Below, one piece after another: positions 25,028 to 33,629 of a DNA stretch of 64,000 nucleotides; positions within the stretch are counted from its first letter, which is position 1; each line of letters starts with the position of its first letter. The notes under the pieces were generated by a model. The model saw only the letters and a list, made by a program, of their open reading frames with translations. It had not been told where the DNA came from and made no database searches. The stretch covers positions 1 through 64,000 of IMG/VR virus record IMGVR_UViG_3300021561_000002. One strand, given 5' to 3'. Made by a program: the position numbers and the translations under genes. Source of the stretch: a virus. Lineage: Duplodnaviria > Caudoviricetes.

Positions 25028-27901
25028 ATGAGCGACCGCACATACCGACCTGTAAACCAGCGCCAGATTCTCGGCTTCGATGGTAAACCTCTTACCTCGA
25101 AGCCGAAGTCCGTTATCGTTCCTGGCACCAGGAGGTCGGCCGCTGATGTGGCGCTCACGTCGCCGGAGATTCGTAACCCTCTACTCAACATCGTCAACTT
25201 CTTCCTCCCGTACAACTACAAGGTACTGAATCAATGGATTCGGTACTACGACCGCTTTCATCCGATGGTCGGTAACTGTATCGACCTGCACGGGTACTTC
25301 CCCATTTCCAAGTTCGACTTGAAGTTGGGGAAGCAGGACGAAGAGGTTCTCAACGTGTACGAGGATTGTTCGGAGGAAATAGAACTATTCCAGAGATTCC
25401 TCGAAATGAGCCGCGAGTTTGAACTCATTGGGGAGGAGTATCCTTACCTGCATTGGAGCGATGAACTCAACTTCTTCGACTCCATGACCTTGATGAACCC
25501 CGACTTCATCAACGTCAAGATGCACCCGTTGGCTTTAGGCATGAAGCCGACTATCGAACTTGAGCCGGACGAACTCCTGAAGAGCCTCATCCAGTCCAAT
25601 GAGCCCGAGGACATCGAAATCAAGCAGTCCTTGGACCCCGTTGTGATTTCGGCTGTGATGATGGGCCAGAACATCCGCATCGACCAGTTCAACACCGAGC
25701 AGATTGCCCGTAAGGCTTCTCCTTACGAGCCCCGTGGCACCTCCATCGTCCTCCGCATCCTGAAGGACCTGTTGTACGAGGACAAGCTCCGTGAGGCGCA
25801 GTATTCGGTGGCCGACGGCATGATTACGCCGAAGGTCATTTACAAACTTGGCGACCCGAACAACGGCTACATGCCTACCACCGAGGACCTGACAGACTTC
25901 CGAGCCCTGCTCCAAGCTCAGGCCCATGACCCGCTTGCGGCAATCGTGACTCACTACGGTCTGTCCCTTGAGTACGTGGGGGCATACGGGAAGATTCTTC
26001 CCATCGTGCCGGAGTTCCAGTTCATCGAGGACCGCATCCTGACTGGCCTATACACGAACAAGGCCCTGACGCATGGTGAGGGCCCGTGTGCGAGTTCCGA
26101 CACAGAAACACTTACTCGTCGAGGATTCAAATTCTACGATGAAATCACGGATGAGGATGAGATTGCGACGTACAACTCCGTGACCGGAAAATTGGAATAC
26201 CACAAACCGACAGGTCGAGTTAAGTTCAATGTGGACAGCGAACTCATCCTGTTCGAGAATAGATGTCTTGACCATTTTGTTACCCCGAATCATAAGGTTT
26301 GGGCAAGGAAGCCCAACGGTAAGTTTGAGAAGATGAGGGCTGATGAGGTTTCGGAAAAATACGAGTTTATGACAACCCCGGAAAATGGTTGGGATGGAGC
26401 CTCGCCTGAATACGTCCAGGTAGGGGACCGAAAAATTCCGACGAATGATTACATGAGGTTCGTCGGTCTTTATCTGTCGGAAGGCTCGATGGAATTTTCT
26501 AGGACGGCGGAATTTGTTAAGACGGGAAATAAATCATGTACCCGCCCAATCGAAATCCGAATTACTCAAACCGAGGTTCACAAGTCCGGCCTTAATCCGT
26601 GGTACGGACGTGTCAAAGAGGCCGTCTTGAAAGCGTTCCCCGACGCCATCGAAAGACAGGCAAAAAGACAAAATGGAAACTACGGGACTTTCAGGATTAA
26701 GGGAGGAGACATAGCGGCTCATTTCCTTTTGAATTACGGAGAGGGGAGCGCCGTTAAGACCGTTCCTGCTTGGGTTAAGAGTTTTGGGATGGATGCTTTA
26801 AAGGCTCTGATTGACGGGTTTCATATCGGAGACGGCTCGGATTTCTCGAACTCGGATAGCGGATTTGAGCTTAACACCGTATCGAAGGTTCTAGCCGATG
26901 ACTTGCAAGAAATCTGTTTGAAGTGCGGCTATTACTCAAAAAATTCAGTTCGGACAAGAACCGGAAGAAAGAAACTGTACAGATTGAAAATCCATCCCTT
27001 TAACATTCGGAGGGATTATGGATTTACTCCAATGTTGTCGAAGGGCGACATCAAGCGAATCCCTTACAAGGGGTGGGTCTATTGTTTTGAGGTTCCCAAT
27101 CGTCTTTTCGTCATGCGACGAAATGGAAAGATTTGCATAACTCATAACACCTACGCCAACGCCACCGTGGCGATGGAGGCTCTCCAAGGTCGGTACATGG
27201 CGAAGCGGGAGAAGTTAGAGGACTTTGCCATCCGAAAGATTTTCACTCCGGTCGCTCTCGCCAACGAGTTCTACGAACCTCTCACCGAGGCGCAGTCCTC
27301 CCACGGCGTCCGTCCTTCGCGCAAGGACCGCAAGCTGAATATACCGACCTTCGAGTGGAAGCAGAAATTGAGGCTCGTGGACGACATTCAACGGAAGCAG
27401 ATGGTCATCAACCTCCGCAACCGTCCCATCCCCGAGGTTTCCCTGCGGAAGATTTACGACGAGCTTGGTATCGACTTCGACACCGAAATGCAGGCGTTGA
27501 AGGAAGAGGCCAAGATTATGAAGCAGATGAAGCAGGACTACGGCGTGGAGAACCCGTTGTTGAATCCCGGTTCTCGTCCTGGCGGTCAGATGCCTGGTTT
27601 GCCGGGCGAGAGCGGAACGACGAGACCCGTTCAGCCTCCAAGGGACATCTCGATGGTCAAGGCCCCAGGCGGCGGAGGAAGCAAGTCCTCTACCCAGGAG
27701 CCAGGTGGCCCGTCCAAGACCAAGGAACCCGGCGGCGAACTGAAGGGGGCAAGCGCATCATGGAACTCCGAATTACAACAGGCTCGCAAAGAAAAGGCCA
27801 AACTTCTCGTGGCGTTGTCGGACCCGCCGAAATTCTTCTCGGAGGACGGGCGGCTGAAGGACGTTCACGCTCTCGAAGCGGAAGCGGCATTGAGGTCGTA
27901 A
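25028..27901 (+). CDS. Portal protein interrupted by an intein
   Basis: First gene of the head module (before MuF, protease and capsid); LLYEDKLREAQ..VAD..ITP...KLGD and ILP...F..IEDRILTGL resemble portals of large myoviruses; about 603 aa after intein removal. Confidence 0.8.
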   Translation: MSDRTYRPVNQRQILGFDGKPLTSKPKSVIVPGTRRSAADVALTSPEIRNPLLNIVNFFLPYNYKVLNQWIRYYDRFHPMVGNCIDLHGYFPISKFDLKLGKQDEEVLNVYEDCSEEIELFQRFLEMSREFELIGEEYPYLHWSDELNFFDSMTLMNPDFINVKMHPLALGMKPTIELEPDELLKSLIQSNEPEDIEIKQSLDPVVISAVMMGQNIRIDQFNTEQIARKASPYEPRGTSIVLRILKDLLYEDKLREAQYSVADGMITPKVIYKLGDPNNGYMPTTEDLTDFRALLQAQAHDPLAAIVTHYGLSLEYVGAYGKILPIVPEFQFIEDRILTGLYTNKALTHGEGPCASSDTETLTRRGFKFYDEITDEDEIATYNSVTGKLEYHKPTGRVKFNVDSELILFENRCLDHFVTPNHKVWARKPNGKFEKMRADEVSEKYEFMTTPENGWDGASPEYVQVGDRKIPTNDYMRFVGLYLSEGSMEFSRTAEFVKTGNKSCTRPIEIRITQTEVHKSGLNPWYGRVKEAVLKAFPDAIERQAKRQNGNYGTFRIKGGDIAAHFLLNYGEGSAVKTVPAWVKSFGMDALKALIDGFHIGDGSDFSNSDSGFELNTVSKVLADDLQEICLKCGYYSKNSVRTRTGRKKLYRLKIHPFNIRRDYGFTPMLSKGDIKRIPYKGWVYCFEVPNRLFVMRRNGKICITHNTYANATVAMEALQGRYMAKREKLEDFAIRKIFTPVALANEFYEPLTEAQSSHGVRPSRKDRKLNIPTFEWKQKLRLVDDIQRKQMVINLRNRPIPEVSLRKIYDELGIDFDTEMQALKEEAKIMKQMKQDYGVENPLLNPGSRPGGQMPGLPGESGTTRPVQPPRDISMVKAPGGGGSKSSTQEPGGPSKTKEPGGELKGASASWNSELQQARKEKAKLLVALSDPPKFFSEDGRLKDVHALEAEAALRS
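26087..27148 (+). mobile_element. Intein (354 aa) with a LAGLIDADG-type homing endonuclease domain
   Basis: Starts at Cys (GEGP|CASSDTETLTRRG); block B FVTPNHKVW; endonuclease motifs FVGLYLSEGS and ALIDGFHIGDGS; block F/G WVYCFEVP...ICITHN|T with Thr at +1; DNA visibly more AT-rich than the flanks. Confidence 0.92.
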
Positions 27902-27978
27902 GGTCCATTAAGACCATTCAAGCCTGTCTTCATCCAGAGGAACACGCCGACCATGTATGCCATTGCGGCATCACACGG

Positions 27979-29517
27979 ATGGCGTTGTCCGAGTGGCAAG
28001 ACGGACTCTCCCGAACACGGCTTGATTCCAATACCATCCGGCATATCGTTGAACTCGAACAGTCGGTGTCCGAACACTACGACAAGGGCGGGGCGGACTT
28101 CGTTGATTTCCTCATGGACATCTATGAGAAGAAGGGTGGCATCCAGCCCGAAGACCTGAATCAAGCCTTCCTGTCCTCTTACTACAACGTGACCCAGGAC
28201 ATCTCGACTCCGTACACGCTCTATTACAAATCCATCGTTGACTCCGGCCGGGACCGTGCCCTCAAGGACCTCGGAATCGAACGTGAGGCCCGCCGCAAGA
28301 TGCGTCGGACGGCCGCTATCGGTGACACGTACATCCAGGACAGCCTCGACAAGTCCTTTAGCCAGGTGAAGACCGTTGGCGATGAGGTCATCAAGCAGTT
28401 GACCGATAAGTGGACCGAGAGCGGCGGCACGAGCAATGTGGTCATGGACCTGCTCAAGGAATACGAGGACGAGGCAAGGGACGAGGGCCTGACCCGTCAG
28501 CAGTTGAGGCAAAAGCTCTATGAGATTTGGCAGGGCAAGAGGTTCCTGCTCGAACGCATCGTGCGGACCGAGACCGTGAACACCTACGCCCGTGCTCAAC
28601 TGCAAGAGTGGTACGAGCAAGGCGTGAGGAAAGTTGAGCGGCACGAAATCAAGGACATGCGTACCTGCCCGCTTTGCCGGGACACGCTGGATGGGAAAAT
28701 CTACGACGTGGAGATGTTGCTGAACGGTGGATATGTAAACCAGGAGACCGGAATCTCAAGCGCCGCATATCCCATCTCGTTCGACTCGCATCCCAACTGC
28801 CGTGGGTCGTACACGCCTATCGTGAACTGGTCGGTATTCGAGGAGTTCGAGAAACTGTACCTTGAGCCCGACGCTTTGACGGAGTTCCAGAACGCAAGCG
28901 ACGTGGTGACTCAGGATTCCAAGGCCGAGAACGTTCCAATCGAGTACCAGGAGCAGGTTCAGCGAGCCCTTGAGGATTTCGGGCCTGACTATCGGCTCCG
29001 GTTCGTGCCGGAGATAACGGAGTCTCCTGAGTGGCAAGAAGACCGCCTGCATGACCTACGGTACTACTATTCCGAGGGGGAGGCCCAGGCGCACCTGAAT
29101 CTTGAAAAAGGGGAAAACAGGGGCAAGCTGGTGCAATATACGTCCAGGAGCGGTACTGTCCTGGTCAGCGGTAGCGCCGGGAACGTGAACGACGTGGTTG
29201 TCCCCATCCTGCGGGAACACGCTCATCAGGCTTGGGGAGCGGCGGAGGAAGAGAAGAAGGCTTGGGTCATTGAGCGGTACAAGAACAAGATGGAAGAGAT
29301 GGAGTTCACTCTCGAAGAAGAGGGCGTTCAAATCATCGGCGACACGCCGTTCGTTTCTCCGATTGCGAAGGAGAGCCCCGAGGATTATTTCGTCGAGTGC
29401 TACGCCGCATACGTGGCCGACCCGACGACTTTGCTCTACTTCGACGAACCTTTTTATGATTTCCTTCGAGCCAACTTCATCAACCGTGAGTACATCGCTC
29501 GTGGAGGCGTGAATTGA
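27979..29517 (+). CDS. Head morphogenesis protein (SPP1 gp7/Mu gpF-like) with a C-terminal extension; start uncertain
   Basis: RIVRTETVNTY...D.RTCPLCR...HPNCRGS is the MuF/gp7 signature; the reading frame is open back to 27355. Confidence 0.8.
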   Translation: MALSEWQDGLSRTRLDSNTIRHIVELEQSVSEHYDKGGADFVDFLMDIYEKKGGIQPEDLNQAFLSSYYNVTQDISTPYTLYYKSIVDSGRDRALKDLGIEREARRKMRRTAAIGDTYIQDSLDKSFSQVKTVGDEVIKQLTDKWTESGGTSNVVMDLLKEYEDEARDEGLTRQQLRQKLYEIWQGKRFLLERIVRTETVNTYARAQLQEWYEQGVRKVERHEIKDMRTCPLCRDTLDGKIYDVEMLLNGGYVNQETGISSAAYPISFDSHPNCRGSYTPIVNWSVFEEFEKLYLEPDALTEFQNASDVVTQDSKAENVPIEYQEQVQRALEDFGPDYRLRFVPEITESPEWQEDRLHDLRYYYSEGEAQAHLNLEKGENRGKLVQYTSRSGTVLVSGSAGNVNDVVVPILREHAHQAWGAAEEEKKAWVIERYKNKMEEMEFTLEEEGVQIIGDTPFVSPIAKESPEDYFVECYAAYVADPTTLLYFDEPFYDFLRANFINREYIARGGVN

Positions 29518-29876
29518 AGCGGTTTTTAGTGGTCAAAGATTCTGATATAGGTATGCTTGCGGCAATTCTTGTTCAGAACGAACAAGATGGAAAAATTGGA
29601 ATAACGGCGTACAATAAATCGTATGAAGAAGTTCTTCGGAGGCTTGTCTCTGATGAGCATTTCTTCTTCGAGGAAAAGCGTGACGACAGGACCATCGCAC
29701 GAGTCGAGGTGACACGAAGCGACCCTAGATTCCTCGACATGTTGAAAACAAGAATCGGCCCGCCGTGTGTAGTCCACCTGCGGGGATTGATTCAGGCGGC
29801 AACCGTAGAAGAGGCGGCGGAGAGACTTTGGAAGATGTTCTCTCCGAAGGAGTCTCGACCAATCACGGGAGTCTGA
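29514..29876 (+). CDS. Hypothetical protein
   Basis: TTG start overlapping the MuF stop; GGAGG RBS. Confidence 0.55.
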   Translation: MKRFLVVKDSDIGMLAAILVQNEQDGKIGITAYNKSYEEVLRRLVSDEHFFFEEKRDDRTIARVEVTRSDPRFLDMLKTRIGPPCVVHLRGLIQAATVEEAAERLWKMFSPKESRPITGV

Positions 29877-29877
29877 A

Positions 29878-30048
29878 ATGTTTAAGAAGGCAGGAGCAAC
29901 TCCGACGGGGCGTATCGAGGCCGTTGGCACCCTCGAACCCAAAGACGTTCCCATCGAGAAAAGCGCGAGTGCAGAAGCCACCCGCAAGCAGGTCGCCGAC
30001 AGCATCAAATGGCAACCGACTGGCGGAGGGACGCAGGATGACAAGTAA
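29878..30048 (+). CDS. Small protein (56 aa, below the ORF-track cutoff)
   Basis: MFKKAGATPTGRIEAVGTLEPKDVPIEKSASAEATRKQVADSIKWQPTGGGTQDDK*; GGGAG upstream; exactly fills the intergenic gap. Confidence 0.5.
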   Translation: MFKKAGATPTGRIEAVGTLEPKDVPIEKSASAEATRKQVADSIKWQPTGGGTQDDK

Positions 30049-30532
30049 TGCCTCTCTTCTTTTCAAAAAAGTAGCCTTATGGCAGAAGGCCGGGCAGGTC
30101 AGCGCAAGCGACCAGTCCATCTCGACCCGCATCGGCGAAGCGGCTTTGGCCCGTGAGATTTCCGCTCTCGACAAGAAGGCCATGCTTGAGTTCAAGGACG
30201 AACTCAAAGTGGCCGTCGCCTGTTTGAAGATGGCCGACTCTTTCGCCACCGCCCGCCGTACCCGAAACCCGAAGACCGCCGCCGAGGCCGAGACGCTCGA
30301 TGCGCTCATTCAGGGCGTCGATGACCTCACGGATGTCATCTCGACCTCCGGCGATGAGAACCTCGTGATGGTCCAGAAGATGCTCTCGGACTTCCTCATG
30401 GAACTCAAGACGAGCAACCAGACGACCTCCAAGGAGCAGGAAGACTACGAGCGCGCCGACGCTCGGCCGGAAGTCGCCATCGGTCCCAAAGCCGAACCTT
30501 CGAGCAACGAGGAGCGCACGAATGTTGGTTAA
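30038..30532 (+). CDS. Helical head-associated protein (start reassigned to ATG 30038)
   Basis: GGAGG RBS upstream of MTSNASLLFKKVALWQKAG; overlaps the protease start. Confidence 0.6.
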   Translation: MTSNASLLFKKVALWQKAGQVSASDQSISTRIGEAALAREISALDKKAMLEFKDELKVAVACLKMADSFATARRTRNPKTAAEAETLDALIQGVDDLTDVISTSGDENLVMVQKMLSDFLMELKTSNQTTSKEQEDYERADARPEVAIGPKAEPSSNEERTNVG

Positions 30533-33089
30533 ACACGGAGCATTCATCGGCATCGCCGAGTTCGCCACGGCCAGTAAGCGTGAGTTGCCCTGGTTCGTGC
30601 GGAACGATGCTTCGGCGATGAAGCGGCTTGCGGCCATCGAGCCGGTGATGCTGAACCCGGAGAAGTTCCTTTACATGCGTACTCGCATGGTCAGCGCCGT
30701 CGAGGCCCACGGGCCGAACGCAAACGGTGACGCCTTCGAGGACGCTGAGTTGGCCGCTCGGTATGCAACCTTCATCCAGTCGGCGGTCAACATCGACCAC
30801 GACAATGACGACCCGAAGAAAGCTGTGGGGTTCATCCTCGATGCGAGGTATATCCCCGAGGCGAAGTACGTCGAAGGCATTCACGCCATCGACAGGACGC
30901 TGGCCGAGGCGAAGCGCCCCGGCATCATCCGTGCCATCGAGGGCGGTGTCGTTACCGATACCTCGATGGGTTGCTACGTGGAAAAGTCCCTCTGCTCCGA
31001 GTGTTTGAAGGAGGCCGGTTGGGACGGCAAGGATTTCTCGCAACTCAACAAGTACGCCGCTCTGTTGTCGGTCGGGCGTGGGATTGCGACGGTCCCCGAG
31101 GAATACTGCCATCACATCGGCAAGTACGGAGAGAAAAAAGGTGGGGCGAACGGTCCCTATGAGATAAACCGTGGCGTGACGTTCTTCGAGGACTCCATCA
31201 TTACGACGGCGGGGGCCGACAAGGATGCGAAGTATCTGGAAAAGCTGGCGCAGTTGGGCATTGATTGGACTCGTTTCATAATCGACAGGAGCAAGGGAGG
31301 TAGTGAGATGAACGGAGTGAAGGTCGCCGCCGATGGCCTGAAGTTGGATACCATGAAGGAACCGGGCGATAACCCCGGCACCCCCGCCGATAAGGACAAG
31401 GCCCTGCACGACCAAGCCAAGGGCAAGTCCGAAAGCACGGATGCCAAGGGCAACGCCGTTCAGACGGGGGACGAGAAGGGCGATTACGTCCTCGCCAACA
31501 AGCGCAACCTCGAAGCCATCGCCATCGTCCGTAAGATGGCGAAGGACAACCCCGAGGCCGTGAAGGACCTCGTGTTCGATGACAAGGCCGACGTGGGTGG
31601 CGTTCCGCCCGCCGTCAAGGCCGGGGAAGAGGACCGGGATTCGGCCAAGGAAGACGCCGCCACCGAGCGTAAGCCCGAGGGCGTGGTCGAGGACAAAGAC
31701 AAGGGCCTCATCGACAAGGTGGTGGCCGCTGTGAAGTCGCTCTTGCCGAAGCAAGCCATCGACGGCACCGGCAATCCGACCGAGACGGCGACCGAGAAGA
31801 CGGAGCAGATGCCCCCGAAGTCCGGCGACCCCGACAAGGCGTTGGCGGGCCAGGCCAAGGGCACGTCCGAGAAGACCGGCATGAATGGCAACCCCGTGCA
31901 GACCGCCGAGGACCCCAAGGACCATCCGCTGACCGCTTCTCGCCGGGCCTCCGACGAGTCGGCCCGTCTCGACATGATGGTCTCCGAGATGCAGAAGGGC
32001 CGTTCCTTCGACGACGCCGAGAAGTCGGCCAAGGAGAAGTTGGGCATGGACGCTCGTATCGCTCGTCGCCGGGCCATCGCCGAGGACCTGAACAAGGGCT
32101 CGATGGGCTCCCCCGAGGTTCCCGATAACGTCAAGGCCGAGCAAGAAGAGAGCAAGGATGCCAAGTGCGGCCGGGTGGCGATGGACAAGCCGAACGAGTC
32201 GCCCGAGCAACGTCAGGACGAAGGCACGACGGAGACCAAGACCACGGCCCCCATTCGTACCGACGCCGGTAAGAAGACCGCTCAGGGTACGCCCGGTGCT
32301 CCGGCCTCCGACGCCTCCACCGCTCCCCCGGAGCTTCCGCCCGTGACTTCCAAGGACGGCCCGGACAAGGTGGTCAAGAACCTGGACCAGAAGGCCGATG
32401 CGATGGAAGCCATCGGTCGTGCCAAGCGTATCCGTGCCTCGGTTCTCGCCAAGGCCGGGTATTCCGCCGCCGCCAAGAGGAACCTGATGGACATCGCCCG
32501 CATCGAGGCGTCCATCGGCAACTTCGAGCGCATCGCCAACAACATCGAGAACGTCATGGAGAGCCTGAAGACCAAGGTTGCCGGGGCTTCTCGTGGCGCT
32601 CTCGTCGCCCATGTCCGGTCGCTCGTGGCTCAGGCCATGAAGGCTATGGCCGAAGAGGACAAGGCGATGGAGGACATGGAGAAGATGGACAAGGCCGACG
32701 ACGAGAAGGTCGAGGCGTCCCGAAAGAGCGCCGCTATGGAGGCCGAGCTTCGTCGCATGAAGGCCGAGCGTCAGGAGGACCGCAATCGTTTGGTGGCGCT
32801 GTTGAAGTCTAAGGCCATCAAAGAGGTCATCGACCTCGGGCGTCAGAAGGGTCTCGTGACGACCGCCAACCTTCAGGCGAAGTTGAGCGAGTTGTCGGGC
32901 ATGAACGATGCGGAGTTCGAGGCCACCCGTAAGGTGTGGGCCTCCCTCCCGAACGCTTCTCGTCCGGGCTTCGTGAGCCGTTCCGTCCGTGAAGCCGCTC
33001 GTGTGGCCGGGACCGGCATGAGTACCGTGGAGCCGTCTTCCGGTTCCACGCCGACTGGTGACATCAACGCCGGGACGCTGTTCTCGTAA
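30522..33089 (+). CDS. Prohead (capsid maturation) protease fused to a scaffold domain
   Basis: N-terminal ~255 aa contain NANGDAF, NIDHDN (His), DTSMGC (Ser) and FFEDSII...AD..A, followed by an acidic, low-complexity, coiled-coil C-terminus; lies upstream of the capsid genes. Confidence 0.8.
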   Translation: MLVKHGAFIGIAEFATASKRELPWFVRNDASAMKRLAAIEPVMLNPEKFLYMRTRMVSAVEAHGPNANGDAFEDAELAARYATFIQSAVNIDHDNDDPKKAVGFILDARYIPEAKYVEGIHAIDRTLAEAKRPGIIRAIEGGVVTDTSMGCYVEKSLCSECLKEAGWDGKDFSQLNKYAALLSVGRGIATVPEEYCHHIGKYGEKKGGANGPYEINRGVTFFEDSIITTAGADKDAKYLEKLAQLGIDWTRFIIDRSKGGSEMNGVKVAADGLKLDTMKEPGDNPGTPADKDKALHDQAKGKSESTDAKGNAVQTGDEKGDYVLANKRNLEAIAIVRKMAKDNPEAVKDLVFDDKADVGGVPPAVKAGEEDRDSAKEDAATERKPEGVVEDKDKGLIDKVVAAVKSLLPKQAIDGTGNPTETATEKTEQMPPKSGDPDKALAGQAKGTSEKTGMNGNPVQTAEDPKDHPLTASRRASDESARLDMMVSEMQKGRSFDDAEKSAKEKLGMDARIARRRAIAEDLNKGSMGSPEVPDNVKAEQEESKDAKCGRVAMDKPNESPEQRQDEGTTETKTTAPIRTDAGKKTAQGTPGAPASDASTAPPELPPVTSKDGPDKVVKNLDQKADAMEAIGRAKRIRASVLAKAGYSAAAKRNLMDIARIEASIGNFERIANNIENVMESLKTKVAGASRGALVAHVRSLVAQAMKAMAEEDKAMEDMEKMDKADDEKVEASRKSAAMEAELRRMKAERQEDRNRLVALLKSKAIKEVIDLGRQKGLVTTANLQAKLSELSGMNDAEFEATRKVWASLPNASRPGFVSRSVREAARVAGTGMSTVEPSSGSTPTGDINAGTLFS

Positions 33090-33145
33090 TAGCGTCCTCG
33101 GAGTTGTAAGTTGTAGGATTCTTAAAGGAAAGGGAGTGATTTAGA

Positions 33146-33616
33146 ATGGGTGCGACTCTGAGGAATGGCGGGGTGCGGCACGGTGAGTACAAGCTCAACG
33201 TGGCCGACGCTCAGGCCAACAAATACTTCGGGGGCCAGCCCTTGTGTATCGACGCCAACGGCGTTCGGTTGTGCAAGGCGGCTGACCGTGCCAACTTCAT
33301 CGGCTTGGCGGCGGTTTCCTCTTACGAGGACTTGAAGAACGGCAACGTGACGGTCTTGACGGGTTCGGGGGCGGTCGTGAAATTGTACGACGGTTCCGTC
33401 TCGCAGGACAACACGGACGCCGTGGGTACGGTTGTGGAGGGCGCTCCCTTCGACACGAACCTCGTGTTCGTCGCTGGCGAAAAAGTGTATATCGACGCCA
33501 ACGGCAAGTTCACGAACGTTCTTGACGCAGGGAAGGCCGTGGGCATCGTCATCAAGGGTCAGGGCGTGAACGACAACTCTGTCGAAATCGAACTGGCTCC
33601 TGTGACCATCGACTAA
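33146..33616 (+). CDS. Capsid decoration/cement protein
   Basis: 156-aa beta-rich protein between the protease-scaffold and MCP genes, the usual position for this protein. Confidence 0.6.
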   Translation: MGATLRNGGVRHGEYKLNVADAQANKYFGGQPLCIDANGVRLCKAADRANFIGLAAVSSYEDLKNGNVTVLTGSGAVVKLYDGSVSQDNTDAVGTVVEGAPFDTNLVFVAGEKVYIDANGKFTNVLDAGKAVGIVIKGQGVNDNSVEIELAPVTID

Positions 33617-33629
33617 AGGAGGCTGAGGG

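Noticed and set aside
14439-32612. Long minus-strand ORFs (e.g. 14439-16391, 18507-20654, 20790-22994, 30405-32612)
   Set aside because: They lie antisense to well-supported + strand genes and have no recognisable motifs. Such shadow ORFs are expected opposite GC-rich coding sequence.
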